Shown here one piece after another: positions 1 through 10,135 of a DNA stretch of 32,000 nucleotides. Each line of letters opens with the position of its first letter. Position 1 is the stretch's first letter. The position numbers were made by a program, and so were the translations under genes. The notes below the pieces were generated by a model, which had not been told where the DNA came from, did no database searches, and saw only the letters and a program-made list of their open reading frames with translations. Source of the DNA: Candidatus Kuenenia stuttgartensis (lineage in GTDB: Bacteria; Planctomycetota; Brocadiia; Brocadiales; Brocadiaceae); the NCBI RefSeq assembly GCF_900232105.1, contig NZ_LT934425.1, positions 900,001 to 932,000 of the forward strand. The letters are read 5' to 3'.

Positions 1-1
1 T

Positions 2-562
2 CAGAAAAGAGAATTGTACAATACAAGAAAGGAAGAAAAAAGCAGCCAAGCTGCTTTATTTATCTTTCTGAATCGCACTTGCTTTAACGGGCTATACAGA
101 GTAAACAGTAAGAATTTATTCAATGTACCGATGGGTAGTTATAAAAAACCTACTATCTGTGATGGTAAAAACATTTTATCTGTAAGTAATCTTTTGCAAA
201 AAGTTGAAATCCTTTGTGGTGACTACGAAGCGACATTAGATAAAGCGACAAACAATTCATTCTTCTATTTCGATCCACCGTACAAACCATTAAGCGAAAC
301 ATCAAGTTTTAACTCATACGCAAAAGACGAATTCAATGATGAAGAACAAATAAGACTGAAAAACTTTTGTTCTAAATTAAATGTACTTGGTCATCAATGG
401 ATTTTGAGCAATTCTGATGTTAAAGGAAAAAATTCTGCTGATAATTTTTTTGATGATTTGTATAGTGATTTTACGATTTTAAGAGTTGATGCCAGAAGAA
501 GTATTAATGCTAATCCTGAAAAAAGAGGTTCCTTAAAAGAATTATTAATTACAAACCAATAA
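2..562 (+). CDS. DNA adenine methylase, D12 class (DpnM/Dam-like), 3' portion; gene starts outside the window
   Basis: Frame is open to the window edge. It contains FFYFDPPYKPLSETSSFNSYAKDEFNDEEQIRL (DPPY motif IV plus D12-class context) and HQWILSNSD, and is followed 8 bp later by a DpnII-like endonuclease. Confidence 0.9.
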   Translation, partial: QKRELYNTRKEEKSSQAALFIFLNRTCFNGLYRVNSKNLFNVPMGSYKKPTICDGKNILSVSNLLQKVEILCGDYEATLDKATNNSFFYFDPPYKPLSETSSFNSYAKDEFNDEEQIRLKNFCSKLNVLGHQWILSNSDVKGKNSADNFFDDLYSDFTILRVDARRSINANPEKRGSLKELLITNQ

Positions 563-570
563 AATACAGA

Positions 571-1410
571 ATGTCTGAACAATTTAAACTATTCTTATCA
601 CTACTAAGTGAAACAAATGCAACCCTTGATTATTTTACTGATTTCAAAAAAATAACTTCAAACATCAATAAAATTTCAATAAAGCTGCATCAACTAAACT
701 ACCTTATCGGTAAAAAGGATTTAAAACAAGCTGTTAATGAACTTTATGAGGAAAATAAAGGTGTTTTTCAAGTACTTGATGTATTAATCGCAGTTAGAAA
801 AAAAGACAAAAAGAAAGTCATTAATAATGAAGGTAAAATCGTTCTTCTCGAAACCTATTTTGAATCTGCTGAGAAGATACTTGAATATATTAAAGACACT
901 GGCTTAGCTGAAGTTTTTAAAAACTGTAAAATCGCGAACCTTGTCGATTATGTTTTTGGTATTGAAGTCGGTTTAGATACAAATGCAAGAAAAAATAGAG
1001 GCGGTGATAAGATGGAAAAAGCAGTTGCTTTGATTTTCGATAACGCAAAGATTTTCCATAAAAAGCAGGTCAACATTACTGATTTTCCTGAAATTCTAAG
1101 TTTAGGTGAAGATTTAAAATGTTTTGATTTTGCAATAAAAACCAAGAGAAAAACATATTTGATCGAAGCGAATTTTTACAATAGTACAGGTTCTAAACTT
1201 AATGAAACAGCAAGGTCATATTCTGATGTTGCATCCAAAATTAATCAATGCAATAATTTTGAATTTGTTTGGATCACCGACGGTCAGGTTTGGCGTTCAG
1301 CCGCAAACAAGCTACAAGAAGCATTCAGTGTCATTCCAAGTATGTATAATCTTGCTACACTTCATTTATTCATTGAAAAACTGAACAAAGAAAAAACTGT
1401 TTCTTTTTAA
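571..1410 (+). CDS. Type II restriction endonuclease, DpnII-like (predicted GATC)
   Basis: 279 aa. The GLDTNARKNRGGDKME segment and the C-terminal FDFAIKTKRKTYLIEANFYNSTGSKLNETARSY...FVWITDGQVW region are typical of DpnII/MboI-type enzymes. Adjacent to a D12 adenine methylase. Confidence 0.88.
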   Translation: MSEQFKLFLSLLSETNATLDYFTDFKKITSNINKISIKLHQLNYLIGKKDLKQAVNELYEENKGVFQVLDVLIAVRKKDKKKVINNEGKIVLLETYFESAEKILEYIKDTGLAEVFKNCKIANLVDYVFGIEVGLDTNARKNRGGDKMEKAVALIFDNAKIFHKKQVNITDFPEILSLGEDLKCFDFAIKTKRKTYLIEANFYNSTGSKLNETARSYSDVASKINQCNNFEFVWITDGQVWRSAANKLQEAFSVIPSMYNLATLHLFIEKLNKEKTVSF

Positions 1411-1619
1411 GTATGGTATGTTCACATTTCAAATCCGAAGATAAAAACTTATATTTACTTCATGGAGATACAATGGTTCTCTTGTCTTAATTTGAACATA
1501 AATTTGATATGGCTTTTACATGTCCACCATATTTTATATCTAACAACGGACTTTTCAATTCAAAGTGGTAAAATCGTGAGCGTAAATAAAGGTTAATTGG
1601 ATAAATCAGGTGGCTTCGA

Positions 1620-3245
1620 ATGATTCAAAAAACATCGAAAAATCCAAGTTTGATAACAGAATTTTGTACCCTTTGTAACTCTGAGGTAAAGCATGCATTA
1701 TCTTCTCATTTTAAAGAATCTCACAGCATAAAGTTGCTTGAAGAATCTATTCTAACTGATGTTGACAACGGTATGCCGGAAGTAGAAATTGGAAGAAAAT
1801 ATGGAATCACCTTCCGCTATTTAGAAAAACTTATAACACAAAGCAAGGGTATTAATGTTGGTTTTATTAAGCATAAAAAAATAAAGACTTTTGAGCCAAA
1901 AGATTTTAGCGAAGAAACCACAACAGTTTGGAGTTTTAAAAGCAGGGGTAATTGGGCAACACACAGTGGAGAGTACAGGGGCAACTGGTCTCCTTACATT
2001 CCACGTAATGTAATTCTTAAATATTCAAAACCAGGAGAAACTGTCCTGGACTTCTTTTGCGGAGTTGGTACTACTGCAATAGAAACAAAATTGTTGGGTA
2101 GAAAATGTATTGCCATTGATATTAATGATACGGCTATAGCTTTAGCGAAAAAAAATGTTGATTTTAAAGTTCCGGTAATAGAACCACTTTTCCAGCATAG
2201 CCAGCACAGCCAATATAAAATATATGAACCAGAATTGTTTGTGGGAGATGCGCGGAATCTATCATTTTTGAAAAATAATTCTATCGATCTCATTTGTGCC
2301 CATCCTCCTTATGCAAATATTATTCATTATACAGATTCCAAAGAGGGTGATTTATCCAGTCTTGATACGGAACTTTTTTTGAAAGAAATGGATAAAGTTG
2401 CTAAAGAAAGTTATAGAGTATTAAAACCAGGCAGGCAATGTGCTATTCTTATTGGAGATACGAGGAAGAAAAAGCATGTGATACCACTAGGGTTTAACCT
2501 TATAAATGTCTTTTTGAATGCAGGGTTTAAAATTAAAGAACTAGTAATAAAGCGCCAGCATAATTGCAAAACAACTGGTTTTTGGTATACAAACAGTATT
2601 AAGTTTAACTTTCTTTTATTAGCTCACGAATACCTGCCTATTTTTGAAAAACCTATTATAGAAGCAGATGAAGTTAAAGAAGATTATGTTGAATATGGTT
2701 TTTTAAGACACTATCAAAAAAAACCGAAGCTTGAGAAAAAACTGGAGGAACTTGAAACTTCAACGGTTTGGATATTTGCAGAGGATAATTTTGAAAAATT
2801 ATTAAATAAAAATGTTATTGACAGATATACAAGAGAAGATGGATATAAAGTAATTGATATTGGGTTAGATTCTGCGAAAACATCGCTTCTTTCTCATCAA
2901 AGAAAGAAAAATCTATTATTTGTCAAGTCCTCCTGTTTGGATAAAAAAGAATATTCCGGTTCCGACATCACTTTGTATCTAAAACAATTAAAAGATGTTT
3001 TGCAAAATGAATTGCCGTATATAAACGAAGGTGGACATTTTGTTGTCCAGACAAAAGACGTAAGAATTGGTAAATTTGTAGAACCTTTGGCAAAGTATAC
3101 TGTTGATTCAGTGAAATTTACAGAATTTGTCATTAAAGAAATTATTGTTGTTACCACCGAAAACCGAAAAATTGTTCAAAAAGAAAATATGTCAGATTTA
3201 CATACCTCGCACCAGTATTTACTAGTTTACAAAAAGAAAGATTAG
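1620..3245 (+). CDS. DNA methyltransferase (N4-cytosine/N6-adenine type) with N-terminal zinc-finger/HTH-like region and C-terminal extension
   Basis: 541 aa. SAM motif I is VLDFFCGVGTTAIETKLLGRKCIAIDI, motif IV is ICAHPPYANIIHYT, and RVLKPGRQCAILIGD is a family-typical segment. The N-terminus has CTLCNSEVKHALSSHFKESH. Confidence 0.82.
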   Translation: MIQKTSKNPSLITEFCTLCNSEVKHALSSHFKESHSIKLLEESILTDVDNGMPEVEIGRKYGITFRYLEKLITQSKGINVGFIKHKKIKTFEPKDFSEETTTVWSFKSRGNWATHSGEYRGNWSPYIPRNVILKYSKPGETVLDFFCGVGTTAIETKLLGRKCIAIDINDTAIALAKKNVDFKVPVIEPLFQHSQHSQYKIYEPELFVGDARNLSFLKNNSIDLICAHPPYANIIHYTDSKEGDLSSLDTELFLKEMDKVAKESYRVLKPGRQCAILIGDTRKKKHVIPLGFNLINVFLNAGFKIKELVIKRQHNCKTTGFWYTNSIKFNFLLLAHEYLPIFEKPIIEADEVKEDYVEYGFLRHYQKKPKLEKKLEELETSTVWIFAEDNFEKLLNKNVIDRYTREDGYKVIDIGLDSAKTSLLSHQRKKNLLFVKSSCLDKKEYSGSDITLYLKQLKDVLQNELPYINEGGHFVVQTKDVRIGKFVEPLAKYTVDSVKFTEFVIKEIIVVTTENRKIVQKENMSDLHTSHQYLLVYKKKD

Positions 3246-3250
3246 CTGCT

Positions 3251-3697
3251 ATGGAATACTTAGAAAAATTTATGTCATTTAATAAGGATGGTAAGAAGGT
3301 CCTCCCTTTGAAGGTATTTGAAATAAATGGTGGTTTTATTGTAGGTGTATATCAAGGTTTAATAAGTAAATACGATATTCTCATTAAATACAGACAAAAT
3401 GTAAGAGATCCGTGGACCAGAATCAGAACACCAAAACATATTCACTGGACAGCAGATATATTAATAAAGCTTTATGCTGATAGGGAAAAAACCCAGGAAT
3501 TTCTCGATTTCTTAATTAATGTTTGGAATCAAACGAAACCATTCAAAAACAATGAGGAACGAGAAAAATTTTTAAGTATAGAAAATTTATTATATGTTAA
3601 TCAAAAAGAGATTTGCAGATTAGCACAGATAAAAAACTTCCTTAATTTTCTCCTATCTGCGGATTATTTATTTTCATCCTCCTTTGAAATAATTTAA
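3251..3697 (+). CDS. Hypothetical protein, probably co-transcribed with the upstream methyltransferase
   Basis: 148 aa ORF starting 5 bp after the methyltransferase stop, same strand. No recognised motif. Confidence 0.65.
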   Translation: MEYLEKFMSFNKDGKKVLPLKVFEINGGFIVGVYQGLISKYDILIKYRQNVRDPWTRIRTPKHIHWTADILIKLYADREKTQEFLDFLINVWNQTKPFKNNEEREKFLSIENLLYVNQKEICRLAQIKNFLNFLLSADYLFSSSFEII

Positions 3698-3850
3698 GTA
3701 TAGCTTATTTCAATAAGAGAAATTCCATTTCCGTCTGAAGCAAAACAATGGATGTTTCATTCCACTTTTTCTAAGTCTCTCGATCAAGTTAAATCAATAT
3801 CTAACTTTTAACTCTTGCAAGCTAACCCATTCTGATGCGAAATTTACAAT

Positions 3851-5200
3851 ATGAATACTTTCAGCACATTTTTTAAAGCCTTATTAAACAACTCAAATAT
3901 ATCCTTATCACGGGATTTATATATCGATGAAATAAAATATATTATTTCTAAAATAAACGAATATTTTTACACAAATTATAAGGGTATTGGAGATACAAAT
4001 ATTTTAGATGTTGAGTTTGAATATTTCTCCGAATTTCATAAATTCTGGGAGAAATATCATAAGCAGATACTAAATCCACAGATTGATGATAGTCAATGTT
4101 CGAATGTTGCAGAAGTGTTACACGATATTTTTACCAAATATGGAAGGACGCTTTTTTATGAATTATATAGCACGTGTTCTCTAACACCTGAAAAAATTTG
4201 TAAAATACGGTATTTTTCTGCCAATCAGGATTTTAGAGGTTCAAGAAAATTTGAAGATTTATTTAAACGGTATAAAGACGACCCAAGTATTTTTGATACA
4301 AATAACATTAATCAAAACCCAGAAGATTTCTTAAGAAATATTGGAATAACAAGCCTTTCGCAAAATGATAAACGAGTCAAATATGCAATTACAGCTTCTA
4401 AACTCTTAATTGACAATAGAATTGAACCTTATGAACTGTTGTCATTTTGCCAGAATGATATAGAAAAGGTAAGAACCCTTTTGATAAACAATCGGGGTTC
4501 TGGTTTTGGTAATAAAAAGACGGACATGTTCTTAAGGGATATGGTTGTCTTAGGAGTTTGGAAGAATCCAAAAAATTTTGATAAAATTGATGTTGCGAGT
4601 GACATAAATACTGTAAAAGTTGCCCTAAGAAGCAGAATTTTAAAAACCGATATTGTTTTAATAAGCAGCTTTCTGGATGTTTTTTGCTATCAATACACCC
4701 TCATTGACAATATGAATGCATTGGCATGGCGGAGAGTTTGGGAAATATGGAATAACAAATATCCAAAAGAGTGCATCGCTAGCCCCAGCCTGATTGATTA
4801 TTTCATTTACAGGATTATAGGGAAAGAATTCTGCAAAGAATCATTATGCATTTTTAAATGCGAAACAGAAAATCATACTTTTAAATGGCATTCAGGGAGG
4901 AATAAGACCTGCCAAATATGCTTCAGAAATAAAGTAAAAAGTAAGGCTCATGTAATAAATAAGGTATTGCCATGCACAGATAATGAAGGCTATTTAGTAA
5001 TTGAAAATTCTGGTTTTGTTTCTGGCAATAATTCCTTACTTCCGAATCTAAAAGAATGCCCTTTTGAAATTGTCTGTAAGCCTAAAACCGATATTTTTAA
5101 AAAGCTTAATCCGCCTACATCTATCAGCATTTTTGGTCAGACTGGATGGGATAAGGCTAGAACAAGAGTTGGTGAAGGCGGTGGTGGAATAATGTCGTAA
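3851..5200 (+). CDS. Uncharacterised protein with possible HhH/DNA-glycosylase-like region and Cys cluster
   Basis: 449 aa. The segment LLINNRGSGFGNKKTDMFLRDMVVLGVW...FDKIDVASDINTVKVALRSRIL resembles the HhH-GPD arrangement. The cysteines are in CIFKCETENHTFKWHSGRNKTCQICFRNK. CDS call is good; functional call is tentative. Confidence 0.6.
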   Translation: MNTFSTFFKALLNNSNISLSRDLYIDEIKYIISKINEYFYTNYKGIGDTNILDVEFEYFSEFHKFWEKYHKQILNPQIDDSQCSNVAEVLHDIFTKYGRTLFYELYSTCSLTPEKICKIRYFSANQDFRGSRKFEDLFKRYKDDPSIFDTNNINQNPEDFLRNIGITSLSQNDKRVKYAITASKLLIDNRIEPYELLSFCQNDIEKVRTLLINNRGSGFGNKKTDMFLRDMVVLGVWKNPKNFDKIDVASDINTVKVALRSRILKTDIVLISSFLDVFCYQYTLIDNMNALAWRRVWEIWNNKYPKECIASPSLIDYFIYRIIGKEFCKESLCIFKCETENHTFKWHSGRNKTCQICFRNKVKSKAHVINKVLPCTDNEGYLVIENSGFVSGNNSLLPNLKECPFEIVCKPKTDIFKKLNPPTSISIFGQTGWDKARTRVGEGGGGIMS

Positions 5201-5372
5201 GCAGTTGTATAAAAATATATTCATTCATAAATACACACATAGGTCACAGCCTTTCATTAATCCCCTAAACCCGAGAAAGAGATAATTTTTTTATTTTTAA
5301 CGTATTCGCTCAGTTAAATACTTCTATAGGTTGCCAGTAATATACTTACCGTTATAATTAAGGAGATATGTA

Positions 5373-5684
5373 ATGCAAACAACGACAAAAAGGGATCTGT
5401 GCGAAAAGATTGCCAGGAAAACAGACAACACGCATATGGTGGTAAAAAAGACAATTCAAATGTTTTTGGATGAAATTATAGGGGAGCTTTCACAGGGTAA
5501 TCGCATTGAATTGCGCGACTTCGGCGTCTTTGAAATTCGCCAGCGTGCGGCACGCAAGGCAAGAAACCCAAGAACCGGAGAAGTTGCTTTTGTACCGTCA
5601 AAAAATGTCGTTGTGTTCAAGGTTGGAAAACTCATGCGGGAAAAAGTTGGCAACTCACCACAAACACAACCCCCACCGCAATAA
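5373..5684 (+). CDS. HU/IHF family DNA-binding protein
   Basis: 103 aa. TKRDLCEKIARKTD...ELRDFGVFEIRQRAARKARNPRTGE...PSKNVVVFKVGKLMRE is the canonical HU/IHF signature. Confidence 0.95.
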   Translation: MQTTTKRDLCEKIARKTDNTHMVVKKTIQMFLDEIIGELSQGNRIELRDFGVFEIRQRAARKARNPRTGEVAFVPSKNVVVFKVGKLMREKVGNSPQTQPPPQ

Positions 5685-5700
5685 ATGTATTGGAGTTTCC

Positions 5701-6168
5701 ATGTTTAAACAAACACAAGTAAAAGAAGCGGGTATCATAAAACGTATTAACGGCAACAGAACGACCATCGAATTACTAAAACAAACAGCGGAGAACTGTA
5801 AGAGTTGCAGTGGTTGTGCAGAGGTAAAAGGTAGTTCGCAATATTTGGAAGTTGAAACAGTTCCCGGCACAAAGGAAGGGCAATTGGTAGTTACGCAAAA
5901 AACAATCCATTCACCTTACAAAAGTATAATACTCGTGTTTGTATTTCCATTAATTAGTTTACTAGTGGGTAGTTACGTAGGGCAAAATTACAACTTTTTT
6001 GGTATAACATCAAAAGACATAAGAATTATAGTTTGTGGATTTATTTTTTTTATATCTTCATTGGTTATAGCAGCTATTTACGACAAAATGTCAAAAAGTA
6101 AAACAACCACACCTCAAAAAATCATTCCTTATAATCTCCACAATAGCTACGACACCATTTTTAAATAG
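5701..6168 (+). CDS. SoxR-reducing system protein RseC/MucC family
   Basis: The ATG at 5701 gives MFKQTQVKEAGIIKRINGNRTTIELLKQTAENCKSCSGCAEVKG... plus two TM segments. This is the RseC layout (CxxCxxC region then two TM helices). The listed longer ORF from 5506 overlaps the HU gene and is unlikely. Confidence 0.8.
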   Translation: MFKQTQVKEAGIIKRINGNRTTIELLKQTAENCKSCSGCAEVKGSSQYLEVETVPGTKEGQLVVTQKTIHSPYKSIILVFVFPLISLLVGSYVGQNYNFFGITSKDIRIIVCGFIFFISSLVIAAIYDKMSKSKTTTPQKIIPYNLHNSYDTIFK

Positions 6169-6315
6169 ATTCCACTCCTTATGTTTAAATTTAAAAGGAG
6201 AAGGATATTTGATTGAAGCATTAGTTGTTGCATGTCTCTAATTATTTAAGACTTAGTTCTTATTTTGATTAATGTTGTTTTTGTATGTGGTAATGCTTTC
6301 TCAGCAACCAAAAAG

Positions 6316-6368
6316 AGACCGGTTGCAAAAGAACTTCCACATCGTTCCTTTTGCAACCGGTCTTTTTT
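6316..6368 (+). terminator. Rho-independent terminator-like hairpin
   Basis: Inverted repeat AGACCGGTTGCAAAAGAAC / GTTCCTTTTGCAACCGGTCT (one bulged base), 9-nt loop, followed by TTTTTT. Confidence 0.85.
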
Positions 6369-6596
6369 ATCGTCAAGATGTTCACAAAATGTGAATTTTA
6401 TACAGGGTGGCACTGACACAAACTATGTTTATCCGTTACGAACGACAGTGAAAGAATCGTAAGTCTTTTTAGAACAATAGATTGTTTCGGGCCCCCCCTC
6501 ACAAAGGTATTTATTTTTACATATACATTTCACCGAAACTTTATACGAGCGTTCCTGCTGTACACAAATGGCATAGGAAAAAAGCACAGTAACCCA

Positions 6597-9500
6597 TTAC
6601 ATGCCTTTTGCTACCGTTATGCCCTTTGTTGCTACAAATGATTTTATGCTTACCAGATCATGATCATCGCGGGCGATGATAGTAATCACGTTTGGACCTT
6701 CTTTTAACGAATGTTTTGTATCAATCTTCAATGACGATTGTTGTCTTGGGCTTACATGTTTGTTTGATTTGAAAAAGATTTTATCATTGTTTATCAGTAC
6801 ATAAGCATGTTTTACGTGGGTATCGTCTTTTACAAGTGCAGAAATGGATAATTCTTCCTCGCCAAATAAAATGTTTGGCACGCCATCCAGAGAAATGGTG
6901 GGGGGGATTCGCTGTATAAACATTTCGAGTTCGTCGGATGATTTTCCGGCATCATTATTTACCGCAGTTACGTCCTTTGCAGAAACCCATCCGTATCTAT
7001 TATTAGGAAGTTCCGCCCTGTACCAATCAGCGTTGCTGACGTCAGACTTGAGAATTGTGCCCTCGTTCATCATTGATAAAACAGGGGTGTCAAATGACAT
7101 TCCACCATACAGTGGAATATGGTTTTTGTTTATCTTCAAAAGTTTGGAACTGGCCGTCAGCTTTTGGGGGACACCGGCAACCACGGAGAATTTTAATGTA
7201 TTACTTAAAAAAGCGCCGAAGATAGAGTCGGAAATAATAATATCCACATTAAATTCATTAGAAGCAATTGTTTCTTTGACGTTAAAAGTTAATTCCGCCT
7301 CCTTGATTTCTCCCGGATTTAATTGACCAATTTCAACCCTGCCTTTTTCTACAAACACCTCTTTGTCACTCAAATTTCTGAGGGTAACAACCGTTTTTTC
7401 GGAAATCCCATTTCCCATGTTTTTTACCATGACAAGGAGATTAATATTTTCGCCTTTGTTTATTAATCCATCACCGTTATTTTTGCCTGAAGAGTTTGTT
7501 GCCTGATCTAAAATCTGATAAGAAAAGGCAAAAAGCGGCTGAGGCAATGCCTCTATTGCCACAGTTAAATTAAGATCTGCCGGGTTGTTTTTATTTAACT
7601 CTTCAAATTTAATAGTAATTTCATCTTCCCGATCAAGTGAATTTTTTGGTATTTCTATCGTTTTGGTGTACGTCTTTTTACTTCCTTTGCCTATTTTACC
7701 AAAAATAAATTCATGTTTATCGTACAGACCGTTTTTGCTGGAAGAAATTCCGCGCAATTGATAGAGAGGTTTATCCCCCGTGTTTTCAATAGTTACCGTA
7801 AGCGTAATTTTTTCTCCGGCCTTTACCCGTTTATTAATGGGGTTTGTTAAAAAAGTAACATTTGTTGCGGATGCCCCTTCATTTATCCCTTCAGACCAGT
7901 CAATACTCAAGCTATCAAGCGCCTGTGCTATTTTCTTTTCTTCCTCTTCGGAAATTGCGTCAATTACTGAAAGAGAATTTTGCAGAAAACCTTCCTCTTT
8001 TTTCCATGTAGAAGTGTTTGCCAGTAATTTTCTGGCGAAGACAATATGGAAATCTTTATCAAAATCAGGCAGTTTGTAAGGGTCTTCGTCTTCCGCAGGT
8101 TCCACCTCCGCCTCTTTCCCGGCAACCGCGTCCTCTTTTTTTTCCTTTATTTCATGGAAGTACTTAAGGGTAGCAAAGGGAAATGCATCTTTGTGGTGGT
8201 CGTCCAAATGTTTTTTCAGATCTTCTTCCCTGATTGCCGTGATGCCATGAAAAAGATTGATGTTGTCCTTTTCTACGGTCACCGGAACAAGCTGTATGTC
8301 CGGTGTAATGCCAAAAGATTGAATGTCGGTAAAAAGAGGGGTAAGATATTTTGCGATGGTTAATTTTAGCGCCGAACCGTCCATTAACTCTATAAGCTGC
8401 TGGACAGACCCCTTGCCAAATGTTCTGTCTCCGACGATTATCGCACGGTTATTTTCCTTTAGAGCGCCGGCAACAATTTCAGCCCCTGAGGCGCTTCCTG
8501 CATCGACAAGCACCACTATGGGGTACAGTTCCTCGTCAGTATCCGTTTTTTTTGCATCGATCACTTCTCTGGGATGGCCTCCAGGCCCAACGGTAACAAC
8601 AATAGAGCCACTTTCCAGAAATTTGTCAGACACCTTGATTGCCTGGTCTAACAAACCACCCGAATTGTTCCGCAAATCGAGAATGAGTCCTTTCATTTTA
8701 TCATTGTTTTTGTTTAATTGTTTTAACTGCTCATTAAGGCGCTGAGAGGTATCATCCTGAAAATTCCTGATTCTTACATAGCCATAACCTCCTTCAATAG
8801 ATGCGGATTCTACCGTAGGAATTACTATTATTTCCCGTTTGAGGGCAAAAAGTTTTGTCTCTACTGCTTTATGTTTTAAAATGGAAAGTGTGACGGTTGA
8901 ACCCTGATCACCACGCAGTTTCCCAACAGATTCGGTAAGGTCCATATCTACGGTCGATTCTCCATCAATTTCCACAATTTTATCTCCTGCCTTTATTCCT
9001 GCCACTGCAGCAGGGGTTCCTTCAATGGGAGAAATTACCGTCAGAACGCCATCTCTTATTCCTACCACCATGCCGAGTCCTCCGAACTTGCCGGTAGTGC
9101 CAATCTTAAATTCGGTAAATTGTTTTGGCGGTAAGATAATGGAATGCGGGTCAAGCTGCGTCAACATGCCGTTGATTGCCGTATATTCCACATCGCTGGC
9201 GGTAAGTGATGCGTTCTCTTCCCGATGCTTATTGATAAAATCCAGGGCATCCTGCAGCACTTTGAAAACATCCTTGGACCGGTGAACTTCTGACAAATCA
9301 AATGTCTTTGAAACAGTGTCAACCGTAACGGTGTTTATCTTCTTCTCCTCAGAGTAGTCTACCAAGACTTCAGGTATGACTCTTTCCTGCCAATCAAGAG
9401 CTCCCTTAACCATTTCAACATTATCAATACGGTCAGGGTCAACATACAGGCGGTTAATATAGGAAAGTACAATTCCGGGAAGGCGAAATTTATATTCAGT

Positions 9501-9638
9501 ATCTTCTTTTACTGACAGATTTTCAAAATGGGGTTCCAGACCAAATGTTTTATTGAAAACAACAAAAAAACCGGAAATGGAAGATATAGAAATTATAATT
9601 ATTATTAACACATACTTAAACGGATGCTTTAATCTCAT
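6597..9638 (-). CDS. S41 family C-terminal processing peptidase with PDZ domain and C-terminal beta/SH3-like domains
   Basis: Catalytic GSASGAEIVAGALKENNRAIIVGDRTFGKGSVQQLIEL (Ser...Lys). PDZ GLGMVVGIRDGVLTVISPIEGTPAAVAGIKAGDKIVEIDG. C-terminal WYRAELPNNRYGWVSAKDV is SH3-like. The RBS (AAGGAAAT) favours the start MRLKHPFKYV at 9638 over 9659. Confidence 0.93.
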   Translation of the reverse strand: MRLKHPFKYVLIIIIISISSISGFFVVFNKTFGLEPHFENLSVKEDTEYKFRLPGIVLSYINRLYVDPDRIDNVEMVKGALDWQERVIPEVLVDYSEEKKINTVTVDTVSKTFDLSEVHRSKDVFKVLQDALDFINKHREENASLTASDVEYTAINGMLTQLDPHSIILPPKQFTEFKIGTTGKFGGLGMVVGIRDGVLTVISPIEGTPAAVAGIKAGDKIVEIDGESTVDMDLTESVGKLRGDQGSTVTLSILKHKAVETKLFALKREIIVIPTVESASIEGGYGYVRIRNFQDDTSQRLNEQLKQLNKNNDKMKGLILDLRNNSGGLLDQAIKVSDKFLESGSIVVTVGPGGHPREVIDAKKTDTDEELYPIVVLVDAGSASGAEIVAGALKENNRAIIVGDRTFGKGSVQQLIELMDGSALKLTIAKYLTPLFTDIQSFGITPDIQLVPVTVEKDNINLFHGITAIREEDLKKHLDDHHKDAFPFATLKYFHEIKEKKEDAVAGKEAEVEPAEDEDPYKLPDFDKDFHIVFARKLLANTSTWKKEEGFLQNSLSVIDAISEEEEKKIAQALDSLSIDWSEGINEGASATNVTFLTNPINKRVKAGEKITLTVTIENTGDKPLYQLRGISSSKNGLYDKHEFIFGKIGKGSKKTYTKTIEIPKNSLDREDEITIKFEELNKNNPADLNLTVAIEALPQPLFAFSYQILDQATNSSGKNNGDGLINKGENINLLVMVKNMGNGISEKTVVTLRNLSDKEVFVEKGRVEIGQLNPGEIKEAELTFNVKETIASNEFNVDIIISDSIFGAFLSNTLKFSVVAGVPQKLTASSKLLKINKNHIPLYGGMSFDTPVLSMMNEGTILKSDVSNADWYRAELPNNRYGWVSAKDVTAVNNDAGKSSDELEMFIQRIPPTISLDGVPNILFGEEELSISALVKDDTHVKHAYVLINNDKIFFKSNKHVSPRQQSSLKIDTKHSLKEGPNVITIIARDDHDLVSIKSFVATKGITVAKGM

Positions 9639-10135
9639 GAATATTTCCTTTTTGATCAAAAAATCAAAGTAACTTTACACAATGTAACTAAACCCTTACT
9701 CAAAAATATAAAGATACGCCGTAAACTGTTGAATAGCAATGATTCGCTCATTAAAAAGGCGAGTAATACGGCAAGAGACCATGCATAACAATTACGATAA
9801 ATGTAGTATCGATTTCATTTTTTGTAAAAGTCCAATACATAACATAATTTTAATGCATTGTGGGAGCTAATCCATGAATTGCCGCCACATAAGGCCAAAA
9901 TAGTGTTTTCCGGTGGTCGATCTCCTTGAAAAACAAAACTCTCACTAACTGGCACTACTGTACACAAGTAGCAATTTGAGTATAGAGAGAAGGAACAGAT
10001 TTATCAAGGAAATTTGCCTTGCCCAGTGATTATGAAAAAAGCATTTGATAATTATAGGAAGAACAGATAAAATGCTACGCTTGTCATAAATTTAGCTTCA
10101 TTCATAGAGTTTTTAGAAAATTTAAGAGGGAAATA

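Noticed and set aside
5506-5700. Upstream extension of the RseC-like ORF
   Set aside because: It overlaps the HU gene in another frame. The ATG at 5701 fits the RseC family N-terminus.
6265-6462. 65-aa ORF 6265..6462
   Set aside because: It runs straight through a strong rho-independent terminator hairpin and has no homology features.
6844-9285. Plus-strand ORFs (6844..7326, 7780..8079, 8046..8363, 8323..8745, 9025..9285) inside the S41 peptidase region
   Set aside because: They are antisense to a clearly conserved 1000-aa protease, have no recognisable motifs, and are expected by chance.
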